64,000 nt of DNA from Lama guanicoe (taxonomy: Eukaryota). A program made the position numbers and the translations under genes. The first letter of the stretch is position 1, and each line of letters opens with the position of its first letter. The notes below the pieces were generated by a model. The model was given only the letters and a program-made list of their open reading frames with translations. It made no database searches and had not been told where the DNA came from. Shown piece by piece: positions 62,102-64,000 of this stretch. Where the stretch lies: the NCBI GenBank assembly GCA_013239625.1, contig MU053304.1:2232001-2296000 (forward strand), given 5' to 3'.

Positions 62102-62869
62102 GTGGGTGAAGCAGAGTAAATATCAAATTCACTGAAGAGAAAGATTTTTTTCTTTTTAACTCACTGGCAGGGATGAACATTCCTCTACACAGTATCATTC
62201 CTCCTTTTCAGCATCATGGTCCACACTTCAGCTTCATCCTTTTTGCCTCCAGAGTCTAAAAGAGGCTTCAGATCTCTTACAGATGTGAGCAGTGACTCAG
62301 AGTGTCATGGCGACATTTCAGGAACTCCTAGTCTTGACTCCGGCAGCTCTAGACCTGGAACTACAATTTTGAGATGTATTGAAGAATACCGAGGTTTCAC
62401 ACACATTTTCTGTTAGGTTGAGCTTATAATTTTGTGTTTTCTTCATCTGACTGAAGCATTGCTGAGAATTAGTTTCCCTGAAAAACCAGCTGGAAGGATA
62501 GACTGAAAGTGTCTTCTTGATGCGCTTCACTCCCACTGAACTCACCTGGCTTTGAGAATTTCTGTGGTATTTTTCCTGAGCTATTTGGCAAGTTTTTGTG
62601 CTTTCAGCTTCATGGCCCAGTAAATAAACCACACCTTCCGTTTGTCCAGCATTTAACTTTGTGCAGCATGAAATTCTTGCCTTCCCTTGATGAAACGGAC
62701 ACCATTCACGGCAGGAGCTGAGATGGCTGTATAAAGCAGCAAGTCTTATTTTGTCATTCAGGCAAGGAGGCTGAGGGGATCTCACGTTGCACCTTCTCCC
62801 TGCTCCAGTGATTTCATCGCGCTGCTGCCAAATGGTTCTTCTTAAAATACCATTTGCATCTACATGCCA

Positions 62870-63212
62870 TTCCTCTCCCAAGCTCTTCGGTGGCTCTCTG
62901 CTGGCTGCTAAATCAGCTCAGTGCCTCCTGGCCAAGTTCATTTTTCCCTGTTTTCTAGATTAAAGCCTCTGCTGTAGTCAGGTTATACCTCGGTGTTTTC
63001 TTTCATGGACTGCTTCTGAATCCATTGCATGCCTTGGTGCCGTACGCCTTACACTGCAGGATAATTAGGCTTTACATATTTGTTCTTCCCTGCAAGACTC
63101 AAAGCTTCTTAATCGTGGTAACCACGTCTTACCTCCCTTTGTAACTTTGGGGGTTGCCTAGGTCTGCCGTGTGGTAGGTACTCAAAAAACATTAGCTAAC
63201 CTGATTTGAATG
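62870..63212 (+). mobile_element. L2 3' remnant
   Basis: caagactcaaagcttctt..accacgtcttac..gtggtaggtactcaaaaaacattagctaa. Confidence 0.6.
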
Positions 63213-63219
63213 TACCTAT

Positions 63220-63790
63220 CCAGTTTATTTACTAAATAGTTATTGAGTCCCTCCTGGGCTCCTGCACTGTGCTAATGCTTGAAAGATGCAAGATGAATAG
63301 AGGTGACTTCTGGCCTTGAGAAGATCCTGTTTCTGCAGAAAGACATGATTTAGATCATTCTATGACAAAAGCTCTAACTGAGGTGTATATGCAACATGAG
63401 CACAGAGATCAAAGTGCTTTATTCTGCCTGGTAGGCCAGAGGAAGGCTGGATGAGCACCTTGGAGGAGGTGGTATTTGAGTGCATCTTAGGATGAGAGGG
63501 CATTTCCAGAGTGAGACTTGGAGATAGGATTGGGGATGGGAGAGCCATTCCAGGCTGAGAACACAAGATACGTGAGCACAGGTGTGTGTGTAAGGGGATG
63601 GTGACCAGCAACGTAATGTGCCTAATGTGTTAGCGTCTGAGAGCCAGGGGTGAAAGGAGGGCCACTAGGATAGAGACAGAAGCCAGATTAGAAAAAGCTT
63701 CAAATGCCTTGAGCTTTGCCCAGTAGAGAATGAGCAGCCATGAAAGGGTTTTCAGGAAGTGACATGATGAGATTAGCATTTCATTCCTTT
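63220..63790 (-). mobile_element. L2 3' remnant
   Basis: ttattgagtccctcctggg..gcactgtgctaa, ggaggaggtggtatttgag, agccattccaggctgagaa, gcagccatgaaagggttttcagga. Confidence 0.75.
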
Positions 63791-64000
63791 CTTTCATACA
63801 AGCTTTAGGAAGATGAGAATTTGCCAGGCAGTTCCCTGGAGGCACCTGCCTCCTTGAAGTCCCTGCAGCACTTCCTGGTGGCTGGTGGCTGGGCTGCCTG
63901 GATCTCAGCCCCCTCCCTCCCTCCCTCCCTTCCTCCGGCAGCAGAATCCCAGGCAAGCCTTTTGCCCCAACCCCGCATCATGGCTTCCGTGCTGTGCTGA

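Noticed and set aside
62318..62881. 187-aa minus-strand ORF (and 62216-62416 plus ORF)
   Set aside because: No recognisable homology and no convincing exon structure; length is compatible with chance in 64 kb

Overview
This is mammalian, non-coding genomic DNA, most likely from a camelid (alpaca/llama/camel). The species call rests on three tRNA-derived SINEs with the camelid Vic-1-type head and tail, plus matching young L1 3' ends. No protein-coding exon or gene could be recognised. The only protein-like ORFs are decayed L1 ORF2 C-terminal pieces (21680, 28873, 14636-). A large fraction of the window is recognisable interspersed repeat: L1 of several ages, L2, MIR, MaLR (MLT1) and MLT2 solo LTRs, an ERV-like solo LTR, hAT-Charlie MER20/MER5/MER33, and microsatellites. 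Ten of 12 LTRs lie on the minus strand and (TG)n tracts are mostly on the plus strand, which suggests a very long intron of a plus-strand gene (not identifiable here). I found no evidence of a new multi-gene system. The most interesting observations are mechanistic scars: a twin-primed L1 with an overlapping inversion, a micro-inversion inside an MLT1 LTR, nested perfect tandem duplications, a possible L1 3' transduction and a doubly truncated L1. There are also candidate cis-elements and cryptic exons: an RFX X-box in a CpG-enriched patch, an octamer/CCAAT/TATA-bearing solo LTR, and a CAG|GTAAGT recursive-splice or microexon candidate. Repeat subfamily names come from recalled consensus sequences and boundaries are approximate.
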